Assembly: GCA_013239625.1 (NCBI GenBank)
Contig: MU053513.1
Span: 3,150,927 to 3,214,926, forward strand
Direction of reading: 5' to 3'
DNA from: Lama guanicoe
Lineage: Eukaryota
Length of the DNA stretch: 64,000 bases
The notes under the pieces were generated by a model, which had not been told where the DNA came from, searched no databases, and saw nothing but the letters and a program-made list of their open reading frames with translations. The position numbers were made by a program, and so were the translations under genes. This document shows positions 12,191 to 24,065 of the stretch, piece after piece. The stretch's first letter is position 1. Each line of letters opens with the position of its first letter.

Positions 12191-15149
12191 ACCACTCCTC
12201 TCCTTCACTCCCACCTTCAAAGGGACATGGGGGTTTCTCAGGAGAAGGGGAGGGGGTGATCACAGGACTTGCCCAGGGTCAAAAGGCTATTATTGTTCAA
12301 GGCAGAATTGGAACCTTCTTATTTCCCCAGTCTCTGCAGCCCCTCTATATCCTCTGGTTCCTCTGTCACAAAGGAAGCTCTGAGGAAGGAACCAATAAAA
12401 ACAGCACAGCGAAAAATAATCCTCACCAAGAGGATGTAAGGAAGCTGTCTAGACTGAGTGTTGCCTGGGTAGTGGATGCTGAAATAAACTCAAAGCCCAG
12501 ACAAACATTCACCGAATCAGCACTGAAGGTAAAAGATGACACACTACACCACCACCCAGAGCCTTCATCACTCACTAACCGTAGGACCTGGGATAAGTTA
12601 CTCAGCTTCTGTGAATCTCAGTATCTTCATTCGTAACAAAAGTTTACATGAGATGATATACGTAAATCACTGGGCACAGGACCCAGCCTGGACGCTCTCG
12701 GTGTTCAGTAAATAGCAACTGTTATCGCTGCCAATGTTCTCAGCTCCCCCGAAGACCAATGCTTTCACATGGTCAACTCATTCCCCAAAGTGTGCTAATG
12801 GAAGTTGCAAAAGCATCTGCTCAGTCACCGTAAGCATGAAAATTAGGCCAGGCCACTACTGAGACTTCAGCATTCTTAGGGCAGCAGAAAGAAATGTCAT
12901 AGCAGATTTATTAAACACAGTGCCTTGTCTGTTCCTACTTGCTGGGCTTATCTTGGAGTTTCAGGTTTACAATCTGCATACCTGTGAAGTTTCTATGGCT
13001 TTCCAGTCTCAGTGAAGCCATATTATTTTCCAATCCTTGGAGACCTCACAGTTTGAGAACCACAAATCGTGGTTATGGGTGTTGGGGGTTTGTTTTTTGC
13101 TTTTGCTTTTTGTTTGTTTGTTTGTTTCTATTAACCGAGGGAACCAAAATGATCATAACAAAAGATAAAACACTCTTCTACTTTCCTTCTTTCTTCCTTC
13201 CAGTCCAGTTCTCTCTCTTCCCTCCCTCCAGATTTCAAACTGGCTCCAGATTTTATAGCAGAAGCAGTAATAGATCTAAAAGAAACTAACTGAGAAGAAA
13301 CTTAAGGAGCAAACTAATAAACTCTAATCTGCTTGCTATATGTTAGAGTGAAAAACTCATGATATGTCCATGAAGAATTTAGCTGTTCGTAGAGGAGGGC
13401 TCAGGTCTATAAGTGGCATCTCAAAAAATTACATCATTTACACATTTAAGACTTAGGGAACCCTCTACTGACAGTCAGGTTATTTGTTATGGGTATCAAG
13501 TTGAATAAGACAAGGCCTTTTCTGCCCCCAAGATTCAATTAGGTAACTACCAACACAATCATCCATATACTCCCATAGCACTCGGTGTACCTTTCTTCTC
13601 ACTGAGTTAGTAACCCTACTTAGGGGCAGGAACAGTATTCATTTACATGTGCTTAGTAAACACTAGCTGACTGACATACCAAAGACCCCTGTGCTTTATA
13701 AGTTCGTAGTAAAACAAACAAATTGGGCATATAAACAGCTAACTAACAGTACAGGCTAATACCTGTTGCAACACAGACAAGAACCAAACCATGGGGCCAC
13801 AGAGGAAGCTTGCAGAGGCAGGGGAAGGCTAGACCACAGATGTGACTCAGGAGTTGAAAGATAAGCTTAACTCTGTCAGCGGAGGAACAATGACAGCAGA
13901 GGGAATTTCCCATACAGAATACAGTACGTACAATAACAACTAATAGCTACTAACCACCAAGGACTTATATGCCAGGTTCTAGTCTCCAGAAATCAGTTCA
14001 TTTATTCCTCATAACCTTAAGAAGCAGGCACCATTTTGCTCCCATTTCACAGATGAGGAAACTGAGGCTTAGATATTTCACTGCTGGAACAGATTAGTCA
14101 ACATCAGAGCCCAAGATCTCAATCCCTATACTATACTACATAGGCACAAAGCCAGGAAAGGAGGTACTACATCTACAGACTTGGGATATGTTTAGATAAG
14201 TGTCGGGATCATGGGTAAGAGAGTAGGAGATGGTGAAGCCAAATATGTGGGCAGGGGCCAGATTCTAAAGGAACTTGAATGCCAAGCTAAATAGCTGGGC
14301 TTATCCCACAGGGGCTGGGGAGCCAAGACAAGCATTTAAGCCTACAAATGGCTTGATCAGCACTGCACTTTAGCACAATACTCTGAGAGTGATGTGGAAG
14401 ATAGGCAAGATTATGAGGACCCTGAAGGAAAGAAGGCTGTTTCAAAAGACAGATCAAATACTAGGTTCTGGACAAGACAGAGGGCATAAGGATAGAGAAT
14501 AATAGGCAGATTTTTTTCCCCTCAGATAGAACTGATACAATATGGTGAAGGATGAGGTCTGGGCAGGAGGAGAGAGTAAATGAGAAGACACCAAGTCCGT
14601 AACTTGATACCAACCAATTGATCCATCCAATTTCCCATCAATCAAGAGAAATGTTATACAAGGGCAGGTGACTGTTAGAGAAGAGAAGAGTAGCTTAGTT
14701 CTGCACCCACTGTGTTACTGTCTAACTGCTTCAAGTTCCTAAGTCTCATTAACCTGACAAAACCATAATCTTCTCCAAGGCAGAAATAATTCACAAGTGT
14801 CTTGTGTCCACATGTCCCCTCAGTATCCATTTCAGTACTGAATATCAAAAAAAAAATTAAAAACTTAAAAATAAAACCCTTAATACAACTCACTAAATAT
14901 TTGTTAAATATCAAAGCTGTACAAGACACTGTGCTCAAAAAGTACCTGACCAAAGGCAGAAATCATAAAAGAAAATATAAACAGGTTTTATGACAAAAGA
15001 TTTTAAAGTATCTGTAATTTACAAGAGAAGAAAAGCAAGCGGCTTCTATAAATTTAAGTTTTACTTCGCTAGTAACCAAATAAATACAAATTAAATATCT
15101 TTTTTGTCTATCAAATTTCAAAGACTTTTTCCCCCTCCAAATGCTACGG

Positions 15150-15337
15150 TTTATTTATTTATTTTTTTGAAGTATAAGTCAGTTACAATGTGTCAATTTC
15201 TGGTGTACAGCATAATGTCCCAGTCATGTATGTGTGTGTGTGTGTATATATATATGTGTGTATATATATATGTATTTGTTTTTATATTCTTTTTCATTAA
15301 GGGTTGTTACAAGATATTGAATATGGTTCTCTGTGCA
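15150..15337 (-). mobile_element. Short camelid-type L1 3' end with an internal (TG/TA)n expansion
   Basis: Reverse-complement similarity to 7120-7260 (caatgtgtcaatttctggtgtacag; ttacaagatattgaatat). Confidence 0.8.
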
Positions 15338-15716
15338 AAAATGGATAATAAGATCTACCTCAAAAATTTGTTGAGATTAGTTTTTGTCCACAGAATAAAG
15401 TTGACTCTGTCTCAAAAGTTATCCTTCTAAAACACAAGCTTCTTCACAATAAATCCTATTCGGTCTCCAAAATACAGCTCCAATATTATAAGTGGGAAGC
15501 CTGCCTTGATTACCCAATGAGAGGGCTCATTGCTGTCCCCTTCCGTGCTTCTGTTATGTCTTCCACAGATCTGTATTATTCTTCACATTGTAACATAAAT
15601 ATTCATTTACTTTTCCATCTCCATACTAAGCCAGTTAAGAATGGAGTCAATGGCTTATGCATCCTGTGTCGCCAACACTAAGTCCAGGGCCAGTACATGG
15701 CAGAAAATGTTTCCCT

Positions 15717-15849
15717 GAGGGGAGGGTATAGCTCAAGTGGCAGAGCATATGTTTAGAATGCACAAGGTCCTAGGTTCAATCCCCAGTACCTCCATTAGAA
15801 AATAAGTAAATAAATAAACCTAATTACCTCTACCCCACCCCCCCAAAAA
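15717..15849 (+). mobile_element. tRNA-derived camelid SINE (Vic-1-like)
   Basis: GGGGAGGGTATAGCTCAAGTGG (A box) and GGTTCAATCCC (B box), with an A-rich tail. TSD AGAAAATGTTTC at 15702-15713 and 15850-15861. Confidence 0.85.
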
Positions 15850-16169
15850 AGAAAATGTTTCATTAAATAGAACAACAACAGTGTATCATTTTACCCTCAC
15901 AAAACCCTATCAGGCATTTTACAACTTGGGATTGATTGAGGTTCAAGTTGCAGTGACTGTCTAAAATCATATACAGGAGACAAAGCTTGCACTTAATCCA
16001 GGTCTCTGGACTCTCCACTCCACTATGCATGACTTTTCAGGGGAAAAGGCCCACCACAGGCCATCAAGAATACAAATGCACACAGGTACTTTGTTTCTCA
16101 AAATGGTAAGAACTCTGAATGGCATCAGGGCATCTTAGAAAGTCATTACCCAGGAAAGTACAGGGAACA

Positions 16170-16625
16170 GAGTTAAAATACATAGAAGAGTGGCAGATCT
16201 GGATCTAAATCCAGGCTCACTCTGTCCTTAATCCTGTTCCTTTGAGTGAATCTTTTAAACTCAGGAGACTCAGCTTCCTCATCTGTAAAATGGGATTTTA
16301 AACAGTGATACTCACCTTGCAGGGTTTTATGTATGAATAAAAGTTATGTGAAATGGGCTGAGGATATAGTAAAGGCTAATTAAATTGTAGTTATTATTAT
16401 ATGTCAGAAATAAATGGCATATATTGAATGCCTGGGCCACAAGTATTTTCCATATCATATATTATTTCATCTCAACAGCAACCATGTGGTGCTATCACTT
16501 TAATCTTATATTGAGAAAACTGAGACTCAAAGACACTTAAGTAACTTGTCTGAGGTCACACAGGTAGTTCTTGGCAGAGCCTGCACTCAGACCAAGATCT
16601 TTCTGAGTCCAAAGCCTTTTGCTCT
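16170..16625. mobile_element. Two oppositely oriented MIR SINEs
   Basis: MIR core ctcagcttcctcatctgtaaaatggg on + near 16270, and the reverse core gaaaactgagactcaaag..aagtaacttgtctgaggtcacacag near 16515-16565. Confidence 0.75.
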
Positions 16626-18223
16626 TTGCAATTTACCTGTCTGCACCCCTGAATAGTCTCAGTGGAGAAAAAACAAGGAGGAATCAGATATGCCCCAAAT
16701 GTCTGAGGTCAGTGAGAGGGGCTGGAAAGGAAAGATTGGATCAGATTCATGTGAAGCTTGGGATGTGTATTAAAAATGTTTGGAACATGTACAAGATGAG
16801 GCAGGGGAGAAACCAAAAGGGAAGAAGAGAGCCAACAATAAATGTCATGCTCCTCAACTTCCCTTTCAGCTAATAATACAATAAATAGTAGAGATGACTC
16901 ATATTCATATTTCAGTCCTTCTGCGGAGTCCCCAAGGTAAAAATCCCATACTGTAATGCCAGTGTGTTATTTCCTTTTGATCTTGCTATCATTATGTCCT
17001 AGAAAATGTTTCAAAACCAAACAGAGGAAGTTCAGAAAAGTCACAGGAAATACCTGATCTCCTTCACTCTTAGAAATGGAAACAAACTCTATGAGGTTAG
17101 TCTCTTATTTGCATCATTAACACCAAGGCATGTTGGAAGAGGATTCAGATAACTAATACAGCGGTAGATGGCTTCAAATCATCCTACAGAAAAACAAATG
17201 TTCTTTCAAAATAACCCAACAACAACGAAAAAGTGATTTCAGTGTTTTCCCCTGTTATACACAGCTCCCCCTGAACTTCGAACAAATAGGCCTTTGCATT
17301 CTCCAGTCAAGGCCCAGGAAACTTTCATGCTATGAATGTTTTTGACTCATGCAGTTAGGAGTCAGGTTAGGCACAAACAGAAACAGTAGTGCAGAAAAAC
17401 ACAAACAAACAAACAAACAAACAAAACTATCCCTATGGAGTGAAAAGTTCTCAAGTGAGGAACTCATACCAAGTCCTCCCACCTGGTGCCACAAGGCTGT
17501 GAACCCAGAAAGGTGCTCAGTCCAGGCTAAGAAAGCAGACTTGGAGAAAGAAAACTCAACAAAGAAGGGGTGGCTGAGCAGACTCTGATAGGGAGTGAAA
17601 TAATTTTATCTGTTTAAATTTATGAGCAAAAAAAGGCTTAAGATTCTCTCCTAATAAATACATCTTCCTGTGAACTTTTCCAAAGTATAACTACTGGCAT
17701 ATAGTGTTAGCAGATCTCACAGAAAACTCATTCCTAAGGGACTACCTGTAAACTCTTAAGTTTCTGTCTTCACATGATTAAATCAGAACCCTCCTGTGCT
17801 CATTCTCACCCCCATTCAAAGCGCTATACCCGTCTGCACCAACAACCTATGCCCAGCCTCTCCTCTGCGTGGCCCAAGAAAAGCCTCAGGCAACGGAGCC
17901 GCGGGACCCGCGGGAGAACATCTCCCCTCCCTGCCATCCCCATTATTCGGCACACAGCCCTGCTCTCCCCTGGAGCCAACAGTCTGCAGCTCCTTCAAAG
18001 CAGGCGCGAGCAGGCAGGAATGGTGGGAAGAGAAGCTGTGCCAGCTGCATGTTTCAGAATCTCCCTCCATATGCATTTGCCAAAGGAACAAAAAGAAGAT
18101 CAATGCCAGGAAAAGACAACTGAGATGAGGATGCGGTGGGACCACGGCTGACTCCGCGCCTCTTAGCAGCAAGAGCCTCTTAGCAGCCAACCACGCGTCT
18201 GAGCCACAGATCCGAGTCGTTAC

Positions 18224-18241
18224 CTTCAGGATGCAGGCCAT
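18224..18241 (-). CDS. ST6GALNAC3: First coding exon of ST6 N-acetylgalactosaminide alpha-2,6-sialyltransferase 3 (MACILK, phase-0 donor). Remaining exons lie beyond the left edge of the window
   Basis: Minus strand reads GGAGCGCC-ATG GCC TGC ATC CTG AAG|GTAACG: strong Kozak context (G at -3 and +4) and a canonical GT donor at 18223-18222. MACILK matches the recalled N-terminus of mammalian ST6GALNAC3 (MACILKRK...). The exon lies in a CpG island. Confidence 0.92.
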
Positions 18242-18287
18242 GGCGCTCCGCCGGCCCTCCTGCCACCGAGCAGCGGGCGCGCCTGGG

Positions 18288-18350
18288 TCAGGGGCAGTCC
18301 CGGCGATAGGCTGGAGGCTGGTACCGCGGCAGGACCGCTCCAGCCCACAT
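18288..18350 (-). other. Upstream ORF, 20 codons (MWAGAVLPRYQPPAYRRDCP*)
   Basis: ATG at 18350-18348 and TGA at 18290-18288. Out of frame with the main ATG and ends 46 nt before it. Confidence 0.6.
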
Positions 18351-18360
18351 TCCCGCAGAT

Positions 18361-18370
18361 CCAAATAAGG
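18361..18370. promoter_or_regulatory. CArG box (SRF consensus CC(A/T)6GG)
   Basis: CCAAATAAGG is an exact consensus match embedded in very GC-rich sequence. Confidence 0.5.
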
Positions 18371-18922
18371 GGACCGCGGTGAGAGCTGCGCGGGCACAGG
18401 CCCCGCCCCCCGAGTGGTGGCCCCGCCCCGGCCCCGTCCACTGGCGGGCGGCCCGCGAGGCCCCGCCCCCGGGTCACGTGCCGTCCCTGGCGCCCCTGGC
18501 TGCCCCTCGGTGTTGGCTACTTTTTCTTTTCTCCTTTTTTTGTGTAAATGTTCAACGTATAGAAAGTCGTTCACCAGCAGGCTGGGATCTGCGTCCCGCT
18601 GGGAAGAGAAAGCAGCCTTTTCTTCTCCTCAATTCGGTCTCCTCTAACAGATCAGAGAACTCCTAGCAAACACTTCACACTTTTAAAAGTTAAGTAGGTT
18701 TGGAATCACCCCTCTACAGGCTTTGGGTACATCAAAGGATTCTTCAAAAGTAGCAGGCGAAATTCTTCCTCGGCTGTTTACGAACAGAGGCTTCACTCTG
18801 CTTAAAAACTCTGTGATGGGATTATCTGAAATTAATAATCTGCCATTAATAAGGGAGCACAAATATCTATCAATGAAAGATGCCATGAGCCTTATACTGT
18901 GCATGAGGTACTTTGCTTGTAA

Positions 18923-18950
18923 GTGCGCATACACACACACACACACACGC

Positions 18951-18994
<44 letters not shown>

Positions 18995-18997
18995 ATA
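18923..18997. repeat. Compound (CA)n/(ATGTAT)n microsatellite
   Basis: Directly visible. Unbroken purine-pyrimidine alternation for 75 bp. Confidence 0.95.
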
Positions 18998-19662
18998 ATG
19001 CATTGCTCTTTTCTGCTTTAAGCTTGTATTTATGAAAATGTGTGCATACATAAATGTACTGTAAATAGAATAAATGAAAATATGGTATATTCTCATATAT
19101 GTATATTAATTTGTGTGTGTATATGTGTGTATATATACGTATATATATATAAAGTCCATTCACAGGACTTTGCTCTTTCCTGCTACAAGTTTAGAATTTG
19201 AAGAATTTTGTTGCAACTTCAGCAACAAGGTTAGATTAAAACTTTCCTATTAGAATTGGAAATTCAGAGGCCATTTTTCCCCATCGAGTCTGAACACTCT
19301 GATGGTAAAACAAAGGCTGATACATCAGCCCTACCTAGGAGGCAGGTAGCTTGGGAGAAGATACATTTTGGGTCCTCTTCAACTCTGCTCAGCAGACCCT
19401 CTGAGTAACAATCAACAATGAAAGCCCAAGCAAGAACCAGCTAAGAGAAGCAGAGTTATTTCTCCGAGAAAAGGAACATCACATCCATAGCGAAAAAAGG
19501 GAGAGACCATTCTGTGTATATACAGATTTCCACCACTTGATCTGTCAGAGAAATCTTAAAACCAGGACCAAAATATTTACTCAAAAGAGGTTTCACTTGC
19601 TGGAAGCCCAGTCTAGTTTGCCTACATGGAGTCAGGAAAAGCACCGTGGGCTGATGGGGCTG

Positions 19663-19670
19663 TGACGTCA
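19663..19670. promoter_or_regulatory. Full palindromic CRE (TGACGTCA) about 1.3 kb upstream of the TSS
   Basis: Exact motif with an intact CpG. Function is inferred only. Confidence 0.35.
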
Positions 19671-20426
19671 TGAGGTTGGCTCACAGACCACAAGGCAGAA
19701 ACCCTGGCTTTCAAGGTATTTGGTGTTTTCTCCATGAGAACATGCAGAATCCTGAGAGACCAGGAGGAACCTTGGAAAAAGAGTTGCAGAGGATGAGACT
19801 GTGGGAGAACTGTCTGCTCCCAAGGGAAGCTCCTCTTTTCAGTCTCCTTGAGGAACTATACCTTGCTCTCCCACCCCTTTTTCTTCCAGCCCTTCCATCT
19901 GCTTCAGAGAGCTGCTGTATTTTCAGTAAGAACTTCTTGATCGTGACTATATATTTTAAATCACTGCTTTAGTTCATGGTCTTTAATGGGTCCAGAAAAC
20001 TCAGTAATTCATTCATTTATGAATTCAACAAACCTTATTGAGTTACTACTACAAGAATAGTAGGTGGATGGGGGTTGGGTGGAGGATATGGACAAGGTCT
20101 TTTTTAAGGTACCTATCAGAGATGAGAGAATGCTTTCCATGGTCTCTAACATCATCTCAGGTTCAGTCAAGTGGGAAAGATAAGAGATACTTGATAACAG
20201 AGCACGGTAAGGTCCTTAACCAAAGTGCAAGCAAAGTTCTAAGGAAAGAGGGACTGGCAGGTGGTGGGCAGAGCACTCTTTCTCTGGGAGTTGCTGGTCT
20301 GAGAGACAACATAGCAGACTCTAGGGAGCAACCCTGCTGCGTACTTCCTTGCTGGGCGAGCTTGATCAAGTTTCTTAACCTCTCTTTAATCCTTTGCCAG
20401 TATAATAGCATCTCTCCTTGTTATGC

Positions 20427-20500
20427 TTTTTTTTTTTTAATGGAGGTGCTGGGGACTGAACTTAGGATCTGGTGCATGCTAAGCATATGCTCTACCACTA
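20427..20500 (-). mobile_element. Truncated camelid tRNA-SINE within a MIR
   Basis: Poly-T followed by atggaggtgctggggactgaacttagg..gcatgctaagcatatgctctaccact. MIR-like sequence resumes at gagaattaaatgagataat. Confidence 0.75.
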
Positions 20501-23500
20501 TCATTACCCCCACCCATCCTCGTGAGAATTAAATGAGATAATGCTTGTAAACCCGCTCACCTCAATCCTTGGCACGATGAACACTCTCCAAATGGTAGCT
20601 CTTTTTCTAAAGGAAAAACAAAAACAAAACAAAACAAAAGCTGACTAAGGATAGCTTGTAAGAGAAAATAAACAAGATGATGCCATTCTTCTTGAATGTC
20701 ACAGAAAGATAAACACTAATGAGGCAAACATTTAGTGTCTTGTGACTTGAGTGTACCACAGACTAGCTCCCTCAGTCTTGAGTATGGATCTCTCCAGTAA
20801 ACACCCCCACCCATGCCCACACTTCCCCAAATGTTATTTTTTATTAGCATCCATAAAGTTTAACTAAATACAAATTTTAACTAAATACAGATAGGAATGA
20901 TGCATTTTATAACAACCTAGAAACAAACTCAATCAATTCTAGAATACATCTGGACCAGAAATTTTACAAAACAGTATTATCACTGCTTCAGATGGACAGC
21001 AGTTGGATGGGGAAAAAGCAGTTAGAGAGAAATAAAAACAGATTCTGAACCTATGGGGGAATGAAGGGGCAGCCACGTGTGCAGGTGGGTGGGAGTTGGG
21101 TGGAGGGTATGGACAGGGTCTTTTCTGTTTGTTTTAAAACTGGCTTAACTATAGGAATAGCTTAGTTTAGCCCATAGATGTAGCATAATCTTCCAAGTCT
21201 CAAGTTATGTGACTTAAAGCCAAAAGCCTGTTTTCAAAGATAATAACAAAATGGAGGCACCTTGCAATTATATGCAATATCCCATTTGATCCTCACAACA
21301 TCTGTATGAATGTTGGCATCTCCAGCTCTTAAGTGGGGCAACAGGGATTTGAACCCAGGTAGATGGACTTCTGGGTCTACTATCTTAAGTGCTACACTCA
21401 GCTGCCCAATATGTTGGGAGCCCAGTCTCTACTATTCAGCACCATTCAGATTTAGTGTACTGTCTTGGATTTGATAGTCAGAAAACTTAGGGTAAGTATA
21501 TCTCCTCCCTAGGGTACATACTAGGATACAAAACCTAGGGCAAGTATGTAAGTATGTGGAAGATAGACACATTCTATCTTTCTGAGTTTACAGGACAGGT
21601 ACACTCAGCCTCCAGCTCCTAAGTCCTACTTCAACTGACATCCCAGCCAGGTCTCCCATTAAGCCAAGCTGCTACCACCTTTTGCTCATGAGAATTACCT
21701 CCCACCGAAGGCTGTCACTGCTGTAGCTCACCTGTGACATGGGACCTGCTATGTGGAGCCTGCCAGCTCTTGCTTCCCTTCATGGCAAGGCCCTTGGGGG
21801 AGGCCCTATTCATCTTCCCCATCCTCACAGGTCTTTCCCCAGTGAGATCTAAACAAGCCTTAAGGCTGAGACCTCATGAGTTATGACAAGTCATGGGCTA
21901 AAATGTCCTATTTAAATTCAGTTTTACTTCACTGTAAACAGTCCCATTACCAAGTAATTCTTGGAGTTATATAGTTTCCTGATAGAAACAGAATTAAAAT
22001 GCAGACTCCCATAACTTTTCCAATTTCATCTTGCACACATATTAATTTATTTGTATTCAACACAGAGTCATTCATTAAAGTTTTAATTGGATCTCAATTT
22101 TTCCCATCTAAAGATTTAAATGAATTCCAGATATCATAAAACTCTTCTTGTCATCCACTGCATGAATTATGCTTCTATAGGAAACTGTGACTGGAAGATC
22201 CATTATCCAATGTTATGGGAAAGTCATTTTTTTTTTTAACATTCTGAGCCAAGATAGAAAATGACTTTTTTTCTAGAAACCATTGCACTGTTACAATTTT
22301 GACCTTATCCCAAAGCACATGTCTATCTGTCAATGTCCATGTGTGTGTCTGTATCTACATATGTGCCCAAGTATCTCTGTGGCTGTGCCCTTTTAGGTGG
22401 ATATTTATGAAAATATAATGACATGTGAGCTAAGCTTTATTTCCCTCCATTTTGGGTAGAAGTTCATTCCAAAATGTCATCCATTTTGCATTCCCAAGAC
22501 TTGAGCTTACTGCTTTTTCAAAGCTTTACATAGTTCTAAACTAGAATTCATCATTATCCCTGACTATACTGATATTTATCTGGGATTAACTCCAAAACAA
22601 GTTATGCATGATTTACAATTGCATTTTTAAAATATGTATTCTCATTCTCTTAATGTTCTCCCTTAACTTCATCTCAGCTCTACTCTTTCTACTGAAAGTT
22701 CCTATCATTTCTCAAAAAAAGTTTTTGAGCCAAAAAAGAAAAATAAGTATGTTTTCAATTAAAAGAGAAAAATCTGAAATTAATGTTTATTACCTAATTT
22801 GTGTTACCTAGAAGAATGTAAGTGTTAAGCAGATTTGGTTTTCTTAAAGAATTCCCCCCTAAGATTTTTTTAAAACATAATCAATTGAAAGAAATATAGC
22901 TGGAAGCACTGGCATGTCATTTGAATTTGGTTTGTATTGGATTTCCCCAAGGCTGTTGAAGCCGCCACTATTAATTGAATCTGGTATTTCTTAACCACGT
23001 TTCCCGGAGTTTGTTTTCTTTTTATTGTGAGGTTCGTCCCATGTGTGTTTCTCTACATTCTTCTTAGATTTCACCCCTTAGTGAGGCTCGGTGACATGCC
23101 GCCTTAAAATATTAGAAAGGAAATTTGGTATGTGAAATACATCCATGGTGGATCTGATGGGAACACCCACAGGAGGGGTCTAATATGTGGCCTCCTTCTG
23201 CAGTGTGTCTGCCTGAACCATTTTTTCTCCAAAGATCTGACCCTCACAAACCCTCTGGAGAGAGTGAGGGACTGTGCTCATTCTTTGTGCCAATACAAAC
23301 CCTCGCTTTTTGTTTCTATGTCTGAGCTGATGTAAGAAAGGTAAGAGAAAAGCAATGTCATGGAATCCAAAGAAGAAAGGTCCAAGGAGGAGTCAACCAA
23401 ATACACTCTCAGAAAAGCCCCCACGTACAAGGCATTGTTTTGTGTCCAACAATGTCAAAATCTGAGGGCTGTTCACAGCACACCTGTGTGAGGTGAGGAT

Positions 23501-23789
23501 GGACAACCTGAGAGAATCAAGGGCTATTTCCTATATAAATAAGTCACTCATCCTTTTGAAGAGCCACCAGGATAAAACAACAGTGGGATTAGGAATCTGA
23601 AAATTTTTGTCTGTTTGTTTTGATTTAACAAATATTTACAAGCACAGGTGATGTGTTTAGAAGCAGAGACTGTCTGGCTTCCTCCTATATTCAGAATCTT
23701 CAATACTTCCTCTTTATCTCCAGAGCTGGGTATATTTATAGGCCTGCCAACACTCCTTTCCATGATTATTATTCATCATTTTCTTACAG

Positions 23790-24065
23790 CAGGAGTCAGT
23801 AAACATTGTTACTAATGATCTACATAGTGCATATTTATTTGGGGGCCAGTTTGTTCTCTGTCACTAATTCCCAACTCTGCCATTGTGGCACAAAAACAGC
23901 CATGGACATACACAAATGGAGAGTGGCTGTGTGCCAATGAAACTTTATTTATGGACAATGATGCTTAAATTTTATATAATTTTCAGTGTTACAGAATATT
24001 ATTTTTCTTTGTTTTCTTCAACCACCTAAAAATGTACAATCCATTCTTGATTTTGCAGATTTGGT
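23790..24065. mobile_element. MER58-like hAT element
   Basis: caactctgccattgtggcacaaaaacagccat..ggctgtgtgccaatgaaactttatttatggac. Confidence 0.7.

Larger units (their letters stand above)
1..18223 (-). other. ST6GALNAC3: 5' part of ST6GALNAC3 intron 1
   Basis: Lies downstream of the exon-1 donor. No sequence encoding the expected exon-2 peptide (RKSVIAVSF...) is seen, and this intron is known to be very long in mammals. Confidence 0.8.
18242..18400 (-). other. ST6GALNAC3: 5' UTR of ST6GALNAC3 exon 1 (TSS approximate)
   Basis: GC-rich leader between the ATG and the GC-box cluster. It resembles the recalled human leader (...GACTGCCCCTGACCCAGGCGCGCCCGCTGCTCGGTGGCAGGAGGGCCGGCGGAGCGCCATG). The TSS cannot be fixed from sequence alone. 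Confidence 0.7.
18130..18600. promoter_or_regulatory. CpG-island promoter with Sp/KLF GC boxes and an E-box
   Basis: High GC and CpG density against an AT-rich background. CCCCGCCCC occurs at 18401, 18421 and 18461, and CACGTG at 18475-18480. The minus-strand G-runs are G4-compatible. Confidence 0.9.

Noticed and set aside
15719..15795. tRNA-like sequence with A and B boxes
   Set aside because: It has an A-rich tail, a TSD and several diverged copies in the window, so it is a SINE rather than a tRNA gene.
17816..18574. 252-aa minus-strand ORF, the longest in the window
   Set aside because: It starts at GTG in GC-rich promoter DNA and reads through the exon-1 donor into the intron. Only MACILK is real coding sequence.
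18683..19163. ORFs with YI, MY or HI repeats
   Set aside because: These are translations of the (ATGTAT)n/(CA)n microsatellite.
20038..20532. 164-aa + strand ORF
   Set aside because: It runs through L2-like, MIR and SINE sequence, starts at a non-ATG codon and has no protein similarity.
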